In this document: one piece after another, positions 26,514-36,584 of the stretch
Position numbering within the stretch: the stretch's first letter is position 1
How the letters are laid out: each line of letters opens with the position of its first letter
Assembly: GCA_902497075.1 (NCBI GenBank)
Contig: CABVDG010000003.1
Location: forward strand, 10,674 to 74,673
Reading direction: 5' to 3'
DNA from: an uncultured Collinsella sp.
GTDB lineage: Bacteria > Actinomycetota > Coriobacteriia > Coriobacteriales > Coriobacteriaceae
Length of the DNA: 64,000 nucleotides
The notes under the pieces: model-generated
Database searches by the model: none
Seen by the model: only the letters and a program-made list of their open reading frames with translations
Told to the model about the DNA's origin: nothing
Made by a program: the position numbers and the translations under genes

Positions 26514-27621
26514 GAAGAAAGTAATGCTCGTCTTCGGCACCCGCCCGGAGGCGATCAAGATGTGCCCGCTCGTCAACGAGCTGAAGGCACGCACGGATGA
26601 GTTCGAGACCGTCGTGACCGTGACGGGGCAGCACCGCGAGATGCTCGACCAGGTGCTGCGCGTCTTCGGCGTGACTCCCGACCACGACCTTGCGATCATG
26701 AAGCCGGGCCAGACACTGTTTGACGTTACGTGCGACGTTCTGCTCAAGCTCAAGGCGGTCCTCGAGGACGAGAAACCCGACGTGGTTCTGGTTCACGGCG
26801 ACACCACGACCAGCTTTGTGGCGGCCCTCGCGTGCTTCTACCTGCAGATCCCTGTGGGGCACGTCGAGGCCGGCCTGCGCACGCACGACATCTACAGCCC
26901 CTGGCCCGAGGAGTTCAACCGCCAGGCGGTAGACATCGTGAGCGAGTACTACTTCGCCCCCACGGAGGACAGCAAGAAGAACCTCCTCGCCGAGGGCAAG
27001 CCCGAGTCCAAGATCTGGGTTACCGGCAACACCGGCATAGACGCCCTGCGCACCACCGTGCGCGAGGGCTACTCCCACCCCGAGCTCGACTGGGCGGAGG
27101 GTTCGCGCCTCATCCTCATCACGGCGCACCGCCGCGAGAACCTGGGCGAGCCCATGCACCGCATGTTCCGCGCCATCCGCCGCGTGATGGAGGAGCATCC
27201 GGACACCAAGGCGATCTACCCTATCCACATGAACCCGCTCGTCCGCAAGGCGGCGCACGAGGAGTTGGACGGCTTCGACCGTCTGCACATCATCGACCCG
27301 CTCGAGGTGCTCGACTTCCACAACTTCATGGCCGCGAGCCACCTCATCCTCACCGACTCTGGCGGCATCCAGGAGGAGGCGCCTAGCCTGGGCAAGCCGG
27401 TGCTCGTGATGCGCGACACAACTGAGCGCCCCGAGGGCGTGGCCGCCGGCACGCTGAAGCTCGTCGGCACCGAGGAGGACGTCATCTACCGTGAGTTCAG
27501 TTGCCTTCTCTCCGATCAGGCTGAGTACGAGGCTATGAGCCGCGCCTCGAACCCCTATGGTGACGGGCATGCGAGCGAGCGGATCGCGGACGTACTGGCG
27601 GACGGTGAATACCGTGGGTAA
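26506..27621 (+). CDS. wecB: UDP-N-acetylglucosamine 2-epimerase (non-hydrolysing)
   Basis: Motifs VFGTRPEAIKMCPL, HGDTTTS, VEAGLRT, ITAHRREN and LTDSGGIQEEAPSLGKPVLVMRDTTERPE. Confidence 0.9.
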   Translation: MSKKKVMLVFGTRPEAIKMCPLVNELKARTDEFETVVTVTGQHREMLDQVLRVFGVTPDHDLAIMKPGQTLFDVTCDVLLKLKAVLEDEKPDVVLVHGDTTTSFVAALACFYLQIPVGHVEAGLRTHDIYSPWPEEFNRQAVDIVSEYYFAPTEDSKKNLLAEGKPESKIWVTGNTGIDALRTTVREGYSHPELDWAEGSRLILITAHRRENLGEPMHRMFRAIRRVMEEHPDTKAIYPIHMNPLVRKAAHEELDGFDRLHIIDPLEVLDFHNFMAASHLILTDSGGIQEEAPSLGKPVLVMRDTTERPEGVAAGTLKLVGTEEDVIYREFSCLLSDQAEYEAMSRASNPYGDGHASERIADVLADGEYRG

Positions 27622-28720
27622 GATACGCGTGCTTCTCCTAGTGAACCGTTGGTACCCGGACGGTGGCGTTGAGAACTTTCTCGAGCAGCTGGTGTCTGAG
27701 ACCTCAGGTTCAATCGACTACGCGATAATGTCTCTCACCACCCGCGTCGACTCCGATGCTGCCTGCATCAAGATCGGGCCGGTTCTGAGTTCCGAACGCG
27801 TGCAGGACATGTTCGCTCAAAGCTCCTCTATAGCTTCGGTCATGCGGGAGGGTCATTACGACGTCGTGCACATCCAAGCAAGCAACGGCAGTGCCTTCTT
27901 CCTTGCTGACATTGCAAAGAAAGCGGGGATCCCCCGTCGCATAATCCACTCGCACAACGCGGGGGCCGAGATTTCTGGTAACCCGTTGAAGAGGGCCGTG
28001 GGCGCAGCCTGTGCGTCGCTCTTTTCAGACGCGCCGACCGATTTGTGGGCCTGCTCGGCGAACGCTGGCGAATATCTATTTGGCAAACAACCGTTTAACG
28101 TCTACTTTAATGGTATTGATCTCGTTAGGTTCGCCTTCTCTGAGCAGAAGCGCGCAAACATACGCGGCGAGCTCGGCGTGGCTGACGGCGAGTTCCTGCT
28201 TGGTAGCATCGGCCGCATAGCCCTGCAGAAGAATCCGCTTTACCAGCTTCAGGTGTTCTCCGAGCTGCGCAAGCTCGTTCCCGGGGCTCGCTTCTGCATG
28301 GTTGGCAGCGGCGACATGGAGGTCGAACGTGATGCTGAGGCCGAGCGACTCGGTCTGGGCAGCTCGCTCATAAAGGTATCGAGGACCTCGGAAAGCGACG
28401 CCTACTATTCGGCTTTCGACGCACTGCTATTGCCCTCCCTCTTTGAGGGCCTGCCCTTCGTTGGCATCGAAGGGCAGGCTGAAGGTCTTCCCATATACGG
28501 CTCCGACGTGCTTCCTCGCGAGTTGTCCATCACTGACAGAATCTTATTCGCGTCCACCGACGAGGCGCCTTCCACCTGGGCGCGGCGTATCGCCGAGGGT
28601 ATCGATAGGTATCGTATTGAAGAGCGCCCTTCGTATGCGGAAAAGATGCGCGCCGCCGGCTTCGACAGGGAGGCGTGCTTCGCAACGATTGCCATGGCCT
28701 ACCGGGGTGGTGGCCGATGA
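27614..28720 (+). CDS. glycosyltransferase family 4 (GTG start overlapping the wecB stop)
   Basis: GT-B C-terminal signature LLLPSLFEGLPFVGIEGQAEGLPIYGSD. Confidence 0.75.
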   Translation: MGKIRVLLLVNRWYPDGGVENFLEQLVSETSGSIDYAIMSLTTRVDSDAACIKIGPVLSSERVQDMFAQSSSIASVMREGHYDVVHIQASNGSAFFLADIAKKAGIPRRIIHSHNAGAEISGNPLKRAVGAACASLFSDAPTDLWACSANAGEYLFGKQPFNVYFNGIDLVRFAFSEQKRANIRGELGVADGEFLLGSIGRIALQKNPLYQLQVFSELRKLVPGARFCMVGSGDMEVERDAEAERLGLGSSLIKVSRTSESDAYYSAFDALLLPSLFEGLPFVGIEGQAEGLPIYGSDVLPRELSITDRILFASTDEAPSTWARRIAEGIDRYRIEERPSYAEKMRAAGFDREACFATIAMAYRGGGR

Positions 28721-29796
28721 TACAGAGGCGCACTAAGGTCCTCATGGTGGGGCCCGCACGCAACGAGCAAGGCGGTATCGCGACCGTCATCAACGACTAC
28801 TATAAGGCTGGCATCGAGGACCGCTGCGACATTACCTTTCTGCCGTGCACAGGCAAGGGGAGCAAACTTAAGAAGCTCGCGCAGGGTGTCTATGCCCTGG
28901 CGTGGGTTAAGCGACACTTGAGGGGCTTTGACGTGCTGCACGTCCACATGGGCGGCGGCAACAGCTTCGCCCGGGAGCGTTTCTTCGCCATGGCAGGTGT
29001 CGATGCCGGTGTGCCGACAATTCTGCACGTGCACGACGGCCTCTTTCGCGATACCTACGCGAATGCGCCCGAGAAGACCAGGTCGGACTACCGCAGGGTT
29101 TTCTCGGCGGTAGATAGAGTGGTCGCTCTTTCCGACTCATGGAAGGAGTACTTCTCCTCCGAGATATCAGGTTCGGACAATGTCGTTACGATTCCCAACG
29201 GTATCCACGTCCCCGAGGATGTAAACGATCATAAGGAGCCGAACACGGTGCTGTTTCTGGGACACTTCGATGACAACAAGAACGCCACCGTACTCATACG
29301 CGCGATTTCTAGGGCGCGGGAGATCGTGCCTGGTATTCGAGCATATTTCGGTGCGGACGGCGACGTGGAGGGTGCGAAGGCGCTTGTTGCCGAGCTGGGC
29401 TGCGAGGACGCGTGCTCGATCTTGGGATGGGTCGGCTCGCGGGAGAAGCAGGCGCTGCTGGACATGTGCGCAATCTACTGTCTGCCGTCCAAGAACGAGG
29501 CCTTCCCCATGGGGCTCTTGGAGGCCATGGCGAACGGCTTGGCGGTCGTTGTGACCCCCGTGGGCGGCGTGCGTGACATCGTGGAGGACGGTAAGACCGG
29601 CGTTTTCGTTCCCGTCGATGATATAGATGCCCTAGTGGAGGCGATTGTGACACTATGCCGCGATAAGAATGAGCGCACCCGCGTTGCGAAGGCGGGTGCC
29701 GACATGGTGCGCGAGAATTACAACCTCGGCGCTGTCGTGTCTGAACTTGTAGGTGTTTATGAGGAGCTTGCTGGAGGTGGAACCGTTGACGCCTAA
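28717..29796 (+). CDS. glycosyltransferase family 4
   Basis: ATGA start/stop overlap. Signature LPSKNEAFPMGLLEAMANGLAVVVTPVGGVRDIVEDGKTG. Confidence 0.8.
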   Translation: MIQRRTKVLMVGPARNEQGGIATVINDYYKAGIEDRCDITFLPCTGKGSKLKKLAQGVYALAWVKRHLRGFDVLHVHMGGGNSFARERFFAMAGVDAGVPTILHVHDGLFRDTYANAPEKTRSDYRRVFSAVDRVVALSDSWKEYFSSEISGSDNVVTIPNGIHVPEDVNDHKEPNTVLFLGHFDDNKNATVLIRAISRAREIVPGIRAYFGADGDVEGAKALVAELGCEDACSILGWVGSREKQALLDMCAIYCLPSKNEAFPMGLLEAMANGLAVVVTPVGGVRDIVEDGKTGVFVPVDDIDALVEAIVTLCRDKNERTRVAKAGADMVRENYNLGAVVSELVGVYEELAGGGTVDA

Positions 29797-30535
29797 GGTG
29801 CTGCATTACTGCTGGTTCGGAGGAAAGCCCCTACCGCAAAAAGCTCAGGCAAACGTTGAGCGCTGGCAGGAGCTTATGCCGGATTATGAGATTGTCCGAT
29901 GGGATGAATCGAACTTTGACGTTGATGAGTGCCCTTATGCCCGGGACGCTTACAAGGCAGGTAAATGGGCATTTGTGAGCGACTATGCGCGCTTCAAGGT
30001 CGTTTACGACAACGGCGGTACCTATATGGACATAGGTAGTGAGCTTCTGAAGTCAATCGACCCGCTTGTCAAAGAATCGGGGTTCACTGCATGTGACTAT
30101 GAGTCGCATGCAGTGAACCCCGGCCTAGTGCTCTCGGCTGGGGCTCACTCTGACTTAATCGGCGAGGTCCTTGAGTCTTACCGAAATCTTGATTTCGTGG
30201 ATTCCATTGAGTTCCTGTATTCCCATACCGTTAATCACATTTTCGGTGAGGTTCTTGAACGCTATGGCTATCAGTGGGGCGTAGACGCTCTATGGGAGTA
30301 TGACGGTTTTAGGGTCTATCCGAGTGAGTACTTCTGTCCAAAGCTCGACTTCGGTGGGTTTAAATGTACTAGTCGCACGTACTCCACCCATGTCAGTACC
30401 GCGAGTTGGTTGCCGGCCGGTGAGCGGTTTCGGATTGGCTTCATCAACAAGTGGGCCCCCTACGTGGGCGATTTCATTGCACGCAAGATCGCTCGTATTC
30501 TCTCGTTAACGTTATATAAGGGTGATACCCGATGA
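29786..30535 (+). CDS. glycosyltransferase with DXD sugar-binding region (GT32-like)
   Basis: Motifs KVLHYCWFGGKPLP, YEIVRWDESN and KWAFVSDYARFKVVYDNGGTYMDIG. GGAGGTGG SD lies before the TTG at 29786. Confidence 0.7.
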   Translation: MTPKVLHYCWFGGKPLPQKAQANVERWQELMPDYEIVRWDESNFDVDECPYARDAYKAGKWAFVSDYARFKVVYDNGGTYMDIGSELLKSIDPLVKESGFTACDYESHAVNPGLVLSAGAHSDLIGEVLESYRNLDFVDSIEFLYSHTVNHIFGEVLERYGYQWGVDALWEYDGFRVYPSEYFCPKLDFGGFKCTSRTYSTHVSTASWLPAGERFRIGFINKWAPYVGDFIARKIARILSLTLYKGDTR

Positions 30536-31452
30536 TTACGGTATTCACTCCCACCTACAACAGGGCTTATACGATAGCCCGTCTGTTCGACTCGCTTCAA
30601 CGCCAGACTTGCAAGGATTTTGAGTGGGTTGTTGTGGATGATGGATCCACGGATGAGACGACTTCTTTGCTCGCAGAGCTTAAGGCAAATGCGACATTCC
30701 CCATGCATTTCGAAAGGCAGGAAAATGCCGGCAAGCATGTAGCGATTAATCGGGGAGCGAACCTTGCTCGTGGAGAATGGTTTTTTATCGTTGATTCCGA
30801 TGATTGGCTACCGGATGATTCCATTGAGGTGAACTTGCGATATATCGCGCAAGTCGCTGATGACGATTCTTTTGCTGGCGTTTCCGGTGTGCGTGCGCGC
30901 GCTGACGGCTCACTGCTTCTTGGGGAGTCTGGCGTGTCTTTGAGCGACATGGATGAGAAGACGGTTGAACGGTTTACCGAGGAGTACATAGACTCTACGT
31001 CGTGTGATTTCAGGTTCAAATACAAGATGCCGGGCGACAGGGCAGAGATTGTGCGCACTGAACTAATCAAGCGTTTTCCTTTTCCGCGTTTCGAAGGCGA
31101 AAGATATCTTTCTGAATTCTATCTATGGCAGTCGATATCGGAATTGGATCTCAAGATTAGATGGTTCAATACGCCGACGTATTACGGCGACTATCTGGAA
31201 GATGGTCTTACGACCAATATGAAGGAGGTTATGCTGAAAAATCCGAGAGGGCGTTCTTTTATTGATGATTTCACGTTGGGGACTCACGTTCCGATCAAGA
31301 TGAAACTGAGATCTGCTGTTAATTATCTCCGGTACGGTAGTTATGCCGGCTGTGGTATAGGTTCGCTTGTATCCAGTTCTTGCCATCCTCTGATTGTTCT
31401 ACTCGCCTTGCCTTTCGCCTGTTTGTTTCCTCTTAGAGGTGATGTTGAATGA
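30532..31452 (+). CDS. glycosyltransferase family 2
   Basis: Motifs ITVFTPTYNRAYTI, VVDDGSTDET and IVDSDDWL. Confidence 0.8.
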   Translation: MITVFTPTYNRAYTIARLFDSLQRQTCKDFEWVVVDDGSTDETTSLLAELKANATFPMHFERQENAGKHVAINRGANLARGEWFFIVDSDDWLPDDSIEVNLRYIAQVADDDSFAGVSGVRARADGSLLLGESGVSLSDMDEKTVERFTEEYIDSTSCDFRFKYKMPGDRAEIVRTELIKRFPFPRFEGERYLSEFYLWQSISELDLKIRWFNTPTYYGDYLEDGLTTNMKEVMLKNPRGRSFIDDFTLGTHVPIKMKLRSAVNYLRYGSYAGCGIGSLVSSSCHPLIVLLALPFACLFPLRGDVE

Positions 31453-32729
31453 CGGGAAAAACGATTTCCCTAAGAAGTCAAGTTCTTGAGACGCGTCTTT
31501 TTACTGTCGTTAATCTCTCTGTTTTCTTACTTGTCGCTTCGGTATTTGCTGTTTCTTTTTATCTACGAATGGGATTGAGCTCGGAGTTTGCGTATATTAA
31601 CCTATTTTTTTATGTTCCTTTGATTCTTCTAGCTGCTAAATGCGGATGTCGAATCGGGATTGGGCCTTTGATGTTTTGGCTCTTTCTGCTTTCCCTTTTT
31701 TTGGTGACCGAGCGAACGGCTGGCTCTTCGTTTCGGGACGTAGCGAAATTCTCCTTTCTTTACTGTTTGCCCCTATTAGTCTGCCAGCTGAGATTTGGCT
31801 CGTCGCAGGATCAGCGTCGGGCTTTGGCCAAGGCAATAATTAGAACATCAAACGCGTTCGTATTTCTTGTCTTTGGCATTCTTGTGCTCGATTGCTTTAC
31901 GGGTTCCGCTTGCATGGCGGCAATATCAAATGCGGCTATGAAAGAGATGTCTGGATGGGTTTCGCCGGAAATTTCATCGAGGCATGTCTCCATATGGGGC
32001 CATTATCTCAGCACAGCAGGGTTTTATCTCGTTTTTTACTATATGAATATTGCATACGAGCGAATCGTTGGTGAGTCGTTGGTCAACATCAAGCTCTTGT
32101 ATGTAGTTGCGACATTAGGCATCCTCTCCACAGGCGGTAAAACCGCCATTGTGATTTACCTGTTATCTGTAATTTGGCTTAACACTACTAGTAAGGATGC
32201 GATAAAGAACGCGCTTGCCCTGAGCGTTTTTCTTGGCGTGCTTTATTTTGTCGGCGCGTTCGATGTCGTGCTTGATCGTTTTGGTGCGTCAGATTTATCG
32301 AGTGGAAGGAACGGCTCAGTTGAGCTTGTCCTTTCTTACGAAACTCCACGTATTTTCTGCGGATACGGTGAGGGTTACACCGCGCATTTCACTTCATTTA
32401 TCGACAGAGGCACGGTATCTATGTTTTCCGAGTATTCCCTCTTGACGCTCGCATTTAAATTTGGACTTGTATTTGCAGTTGGTGCAGCGTTTCTTATCTT
32501 GCTGCCATCAATTAAGACCTCTGTTGCAACGGGAAACTATTCTATTCTGTTCCTGGGAATTTTGATGCTTACTTACTTCTCGACCTTTAACGGCATGGCC
32601 AATATTCCGGATGTCTACCACGTTATGGCTTTATTTTGCTTAGTGCTTAATCTGCTGGGTGAACGCACCTCTAAAAATGACTCTGTCGACTCCGCAGTCA
32701 GTGACGTCATCGGCCCGAAGGGTTTATGA
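31449..32729 (+). CDS. polytopic membrane protein, O-antigen/EPS polymerase (Wzy-like)
   Basis: At least 10 hydrophobic segments, the most AT-rich gene in the locus, and the position typical of wzy. Confidence 0.55.
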   Translation: MTGKTISLRSQVLETRLFTVVNLSVFLLVASVFAVSFYLRMGLSSEFAYINLFFYVPLILLAAKCGCRIGIGPLMFWLFLLSLFLVTERTAGSSFRDVAKFSFLYCLPLLVCQLRFGSSQDQRRALAKAIIRTSNAFVFLVFGILVLDCFTGSACMAAISNAAMKEMSGWVSPEISSRHVSIWGHYLSTAGFYLVFYYMNIAYERIVGESLVNIKLLYVVATLGILSTGGKTAIVIYLLSVIWLNTTSKDAIKNALALSVFLGVLYFVGAFDVVLDRFGASDLSSGRNGSVELVLSYETPRIFCGYGEGYTAHFTSFIDRGTVSMFSEYSLLTLAFKFGLVFAVGAAFLILLPSIKTSVATGNYSILFLGILMLTYFSTFNGMANIPDVYHVMALFCLVLNLLGERTSKNDSVDSAVSDVIGPKGL

Positions 32730-32730
32730 G

Positions 32731-33681
32731 ATGGAGATGCCTTCAGTGAATTCAAACGCCCCATTAGTCAGTGTCGTGATCCCGACATATTCACGTTCTG
32801 ACATGCTGACTCGGGCAATGGAAAGTGTTAATGCCCAGACTTACCCCAATATCGAGATTGTTGTCGTAGATGACAATGGTAAAGGCACGAATCAACAGCT
32901 TGAGACTCAAGCTCGTGTTCTTGCATTCGAGACTCGGCCGGGCGTTGAATTGCACTATGTCGTTCGCGAAAAAAACGGAGGCGGATCGCTTGCGCGTAAC
33001 ACTGGCATCGATGCCTCAAAGGCCGATTTTGTTGCCTTTCTTGACGATGATGATGAGTTTCTACCGCGCAAGCTAGAGCTGCAGATGGAACCAATGTCCG
33101 ATTCTAATGTCTCGTTGACCTATGCGCACTGCAAGGGCGTCCAACCCGATGGCACAGAGATTTACTACCGCCGAGTCTGCAATGGGGTGCCTGTTTTTGA
33201 GCAGGCCTACTGCGGCTGTATTGCGGCGACGAGCCAATGGCTGGCGCGCAAGGATGCGTTACGGAGCGTCGGTTGCTTCAGCGATACGCCTGCGAAGCAG
33301 GACTCCATTCTCATGTTCAAGCTTTTGATAGCGGGCTTCCAGATCAGATGCGTCCCCGAGGTGCTCTCAATCTACTACGATGACTTAGGGACGGTGAGGA
33401 TAAGCACGAGCGGCAAGTCTTTGGCGGGGGAGCTGAACTATGATCGGCTCATACGGGAGTATTCTGGGATGTTTACGCTCAACCAAAGGCGTCGTGTAGA
33501 GCATGCGATGCACTATCGCGTCGGCATGATGCTCGTTGGAATGAACGCGAGTGCTGAGGGCGCAGTCCAGCTATTATCCTCGTTTGCGCTTGCTCCCTTT
33601 GCTTTTATACATAAAGCATATCGCGTTGTTGGTCACAATGCGAAGCAGGCTCTTAAGAAACTTAATGCTCATCGTGGTTAG
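32731..33681 (+). CDS. glycosyltransferase family 2
   Basis: Motifs VSVVIPTYSRSDML, VVDDNG and LDDDDEF. Confidence 0.8.
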   Translation: MEMPSVNSNAPLVSVVIPTYSRSDMLTRAMESVNAQTYPNIEIVVVDDNGKGTNQQLETQARVLAFETRPGVELHYVVREKNGGGSLARNTGIDASKADFVAFLDDDDEFLPRKLELQMEPMSDSNVSLTYAHCKGVQPDGTEIYYRRVCNGVPVFEQAYCGCIAATSQWLARKDALRSVGCFSDTPAKQDSILMFKLLIAGFQIRCVPEVLSIYYDDLGTVRISTSGKSLAGELNYDRLIREYSGMFTLNQRRRVEHAMHYRVGMMLVGMNASAEGAVQLLSSFALAPFAFIHKAYRVVGHNAKQALKKLNAHRG

Positions 33682-33688
33682 GAATTGC

Positions 33689-34591
33689 ATGTTATTAAGA
33701 AAAGCCGCTCGCTATGTTAGGCACCCTTCGCTTGTTGGGTTCGAGATTGAGAGACGTTCCAGGCTGCGTGAGGTCAGTAAATTTGATTTTCGCCCTTACA
33801 CGAGCGCACCTATCAGCAATAATACATATATATCTCTTACAAGCTATGGGGCGCGTCTCAATGCGGTCCATATGGCCATCCGTTCCCTACTCATGCAATC
33901 AGTGAGACCCTCAAAGGTTCTGCTTTATCTTGATGAGTCTATCCAAAGGGACACGCTTTCCGATGATTTGCTTGACCTTGAACAATATGGTCTTGAAATC
34001 AGAATGGGTTACGAGGATTTGGGGCCGCACAAGAAATATCTCTTCGCATTTCAAGAGTTCCCGGACTCGCTCATTATCACAGCGGACGATGACCTCATCT
34101 ACCCAGCAGATATGGTCGAATCGCTTCTCACGGCCCACGAGACTGTTCCCTATTGCGTTGTGGCAAGGCGCTGCCATCTCATAGGGTTTGATGCTGCGGG
34201 AGATTTACTTCCTTATGAAAAATGGGGCTGGGAGCATAAGGACGCTTTTTCAGTCCCCAGCCGCCGGTTGCTTGCAACCGGTGGCGCCGGGGCGTTGTAT
34301 CCTGTCGCAGCCTTCGACCTCGCATCGCTGGATATAGAGGCCATACGTGGAGTAGCCTGGCCTGCAGATGACCTTTATCTCAAGTTCTTCGAGCTCGCCA
34401 ACGGCATCGAGGTGGCATATGCTCCGAACAGACAGAATCATCCCTATCAATTGGAGGGTCCTCGTTCAGACGCTCTTTGCAACGCGAATGTGGCGGGAGG
34501 GCGTAACGATGCCATCATGGCCGAGCTCATGTGCCGATATGGATTGAGACCATCGTATTTCGAGGAGGGATATCGTGTGACTTCTTCCTAA
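33689..34591 (+). CDS. putative glycosyltransferase (GT-A-like, ADDD motif)
   Basis: Motifs ISLTSYGARL, LYLDE, GPHKKY and IITADDDLIYP. Family not assigned with confidence. Confidence 0.5.
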   Translation: MLLRKAARYVRHPSLVGFEIERRSRLREVSKFDFRPYTSAPISNNTYISLTSYGARLNAVHMAIRSLLMQSVRPSKVLLYLDESIQRDTLSDDLLDLEQYGLEIRMGYEDLGPHKKYLFAFQEFPDSLIITADDDLIYPADMVESLLTAHETVPYCVVARRCHLIGFDAAGDLLPYEKWGWEHKDAFSVPSRRLLATGGAGALYPVAAFDLASLDIEAIRGVAWPADDLYLKFFELANGIEVAYAPNRQNHPYQLEGPRSDALCNANVAGGRNDAIMAELMCRYGLRPSYFEEGYRVTSS

Positions 34592-35091
34592 TGTTCAGAA
34601 TAGGCTTTCGCAATCCAAGGCTAATGCATGGCTTGAGACTAACATGCAGGAACTGAGGGGGATCGGCTCTCTCGGTTGAGCGACGGCCGACGTAGCGATT
34701 CATTATCCTGAACATATATTCATCGGGAGGGGCGTATGTCAACGGAGGGATGCTGGCTGCCTCGGATGCGCGAAAGACGTCATTGGGCGCGACTGAATGT
34801 TGCCTATGGTTCTCTCATGCGTACGGACATGCATCCCCATGAAAGACTTGATAAACCGATGAATGCGCAAAGCAACGTTGGGTTGAGAAAGTGTTGGGCA
34901 ATGACGCTTGGATCGTGTGCTGCGTACAAATAATGTCCGGCGTCACTGTTGGTTCGCACGCCATAGTGGGTGAAGTAGTCGTGCGTAATTTCCCGGAGCG
35001 ACCGGTTGTTGGCGGCGTGCCGGCGCGTGTAATCCACAAGAGGAATAGATATACCAGGCCATTGAGGCCGCTAAAGTTTGGAATATGGAAA
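34591..35091 (+). pseudogene. decayed hexapeptide-repeat O-acetyltransferase
   Basis: The original ATG at 34591 overlaps the preceding stop (TAATG). Reading is interrupted by several stops and frameshifts. The C-terminal remnant GNDAWIVCCVQIMSGVTVGSHAIVGEVVVRNFPERPVVGGVPARVI survives in frame with the next gene. Confidence 0.65.
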
Positions 35092-36522
35092 GTGTCTAAA
35101 TCAAATACGGGCATGCGCAGTGCTGCCCTTATGCAGTTTGGGTCTAAGTATATCAGCATGGGTGCTCAACTCGTGATAACGGCCGTGCTGGCAAGACTGA
35201 TCTCGCCGGGTGATTTTGGGCTTATGGCTATTGTCACGGTGTTCACTGGGCTATTCAGCTTGCTTTCTGATATGGGTGTGGGTACTGCTATCGTGCAGTA
35301 TCGCGACCTTACGGAACGTGAGTATGGCGGTCTATTTACATTTTCGGCACTTTTGGCTGCAGGGCTTTCTCTGGCCTTTTGTGCCGCATCGCCATTCATC
35401 GCCGCAGTCTACGGAGACACCCGGCTTGTGCCCTTGTGCCTTGCCTCGGCCCCCGCGCTGCTGTTCTCCACGCTCAATATGGTGCCAAATGGCCTTATGC
35501 TCAAGGAGTTGCGCTTCGCCGCAATTGGCGTACGTCTTGTGGCGGCTACAGTAGTCTCTGGAGGGGTCGCAATCGCGGCCTCCGCCTTGGGTGCGGGCTG
35601 CTATGCGCTCGTCCTTCAGACTGTGCTATCTGCGGCGGTGGTGTTCTTCTGGAACATTGTAGCGCGACCAATCAGGCAGATAAACGCTCATTTCATTTGC
35701 ACGCTTAAGAAGATATTCTCCTATTCTGCTTACCAGTTTGGGTTCAGCTTGGTCAATTACTTCTCACGCAACCTCGATAACATGCTCGTCGGCGGTATAC
35801 TGGGAACTGCGGCCTTGGGCTTTTACGATAAGGCTTATAAATTGACAACCTATCCCATGACAGCGTTCTCCAGCGTCATAGGCTCGGTCATCCAGCCGTT
35901 CATGGCAGAGCATCAAGACGATGTCGACCGCATCTACGAGTGCTGGATGCGTATCGAAAAGCTGCTCTCGCTAGTGGGTGTTGCTGTGGCGGTGGTATTC
36001 AGCTGCGCTTCGGCGGAAATCATTGCTGTCTTCTACGGGCCAGGATGGGAGCAAGCCGCGCCGGTGTTCGCCGTGCTTGCTGTGTCGGTCTACTTCCAGA
36101 TGATGGGCAACCCTTCGGGTGCTTTTTTCCAGAGCATAGGACGCACCGATTACATGTTTAAGGTTGGTCTTGTGAACACCGCGATCACCATTTCCGGGCT
36201 GCTGGCGGGCCTGGCTGGCGGCTCCATCCTCACAGTGGCTTACGGCATCTTCGCAGCATACTGCCTTCATATGGTTCCTCTAGCGTATTTCCTAGTGAAA
36301 CGTGGCTTCGGCAGACCTTACTATTGCCTGCTAAATTTCTTGCCTGAGATTGCTGTTGGCATCGTGGGCATTGCTGCTGTTGCGGGAGTTGGCGCCTTTA
36401 TACCCATGGAAGATGTTTTCATCTCTCTCATCGTAAAGTTGTTTGTGAGCAGCATTGCGCTAATCACTGGATATGCGCTCACTGGCCAGCTGAAATACCT
36501 CACGGCTCTAATTAAGAGATAG
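35092..36522 (+). CDS. wzx: polysaccharide flippase (Wzx, MOP/PST family); start at GTG 35092 or ATG 35113
   Basis: About 12 TM segments and N-terminus [42 protein letters not shown], typical of oligosaccharide flippases. Confidence 0.8.
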   Translation: MSKSNTGMRSAALMQFGSKYISMGAQLVITAVLARLISPGDFGLMAIVTVFTGLFSLLSDMGVGTAIVQYRDLTEREYGGLFTFSALLAAGLSLAFCAASPFIAAVYGDTRLVPLCLASAPALLFSTLNMVPNGLMLKELRFAAIGVRLVAATVVSGGVAIAASALGAGCYALVLQTVLSAAVVFFWNIVARPIRQINAHFICTLKKIFSYSAYQFGFSLVNYFSRNLDNMLVGGILGTAALGFYDKAYKLTTYPMTAFSSVIGSVIQPFMAEHQDDVDRIYECWMRIEKLLSLVGVAVAVVFSCASAEIIAVFYGPGWEQAAPVFAVLAVSVYFQMMGNPSGAFFQSIGRTDYMFKVGLVNTAITISGLLAGLAGGSILTVAYGIFAAYCLHMVPLAYFLVKRGFGRPYYCLLNFLPEIAVGIVGIAAVAGVGAFIPMEDVFISLIVKLFVSSIALITGYALTGQLKYLTALIKR

Positions 36523-36584
36523 CTCATTCTGATCGTTCCATCACGTATGGCACCTTGAAAACACCAGATAGAAAGAAGATACCC

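Noticed and set aside
34891-36522. 543-aa ORF taken at face value as one protein.
   Set aside because: The first ~67-74 codons are the C-terminal remnant of a dead acetyltransferase. The flippase most likely starts at 35092 or 35113.
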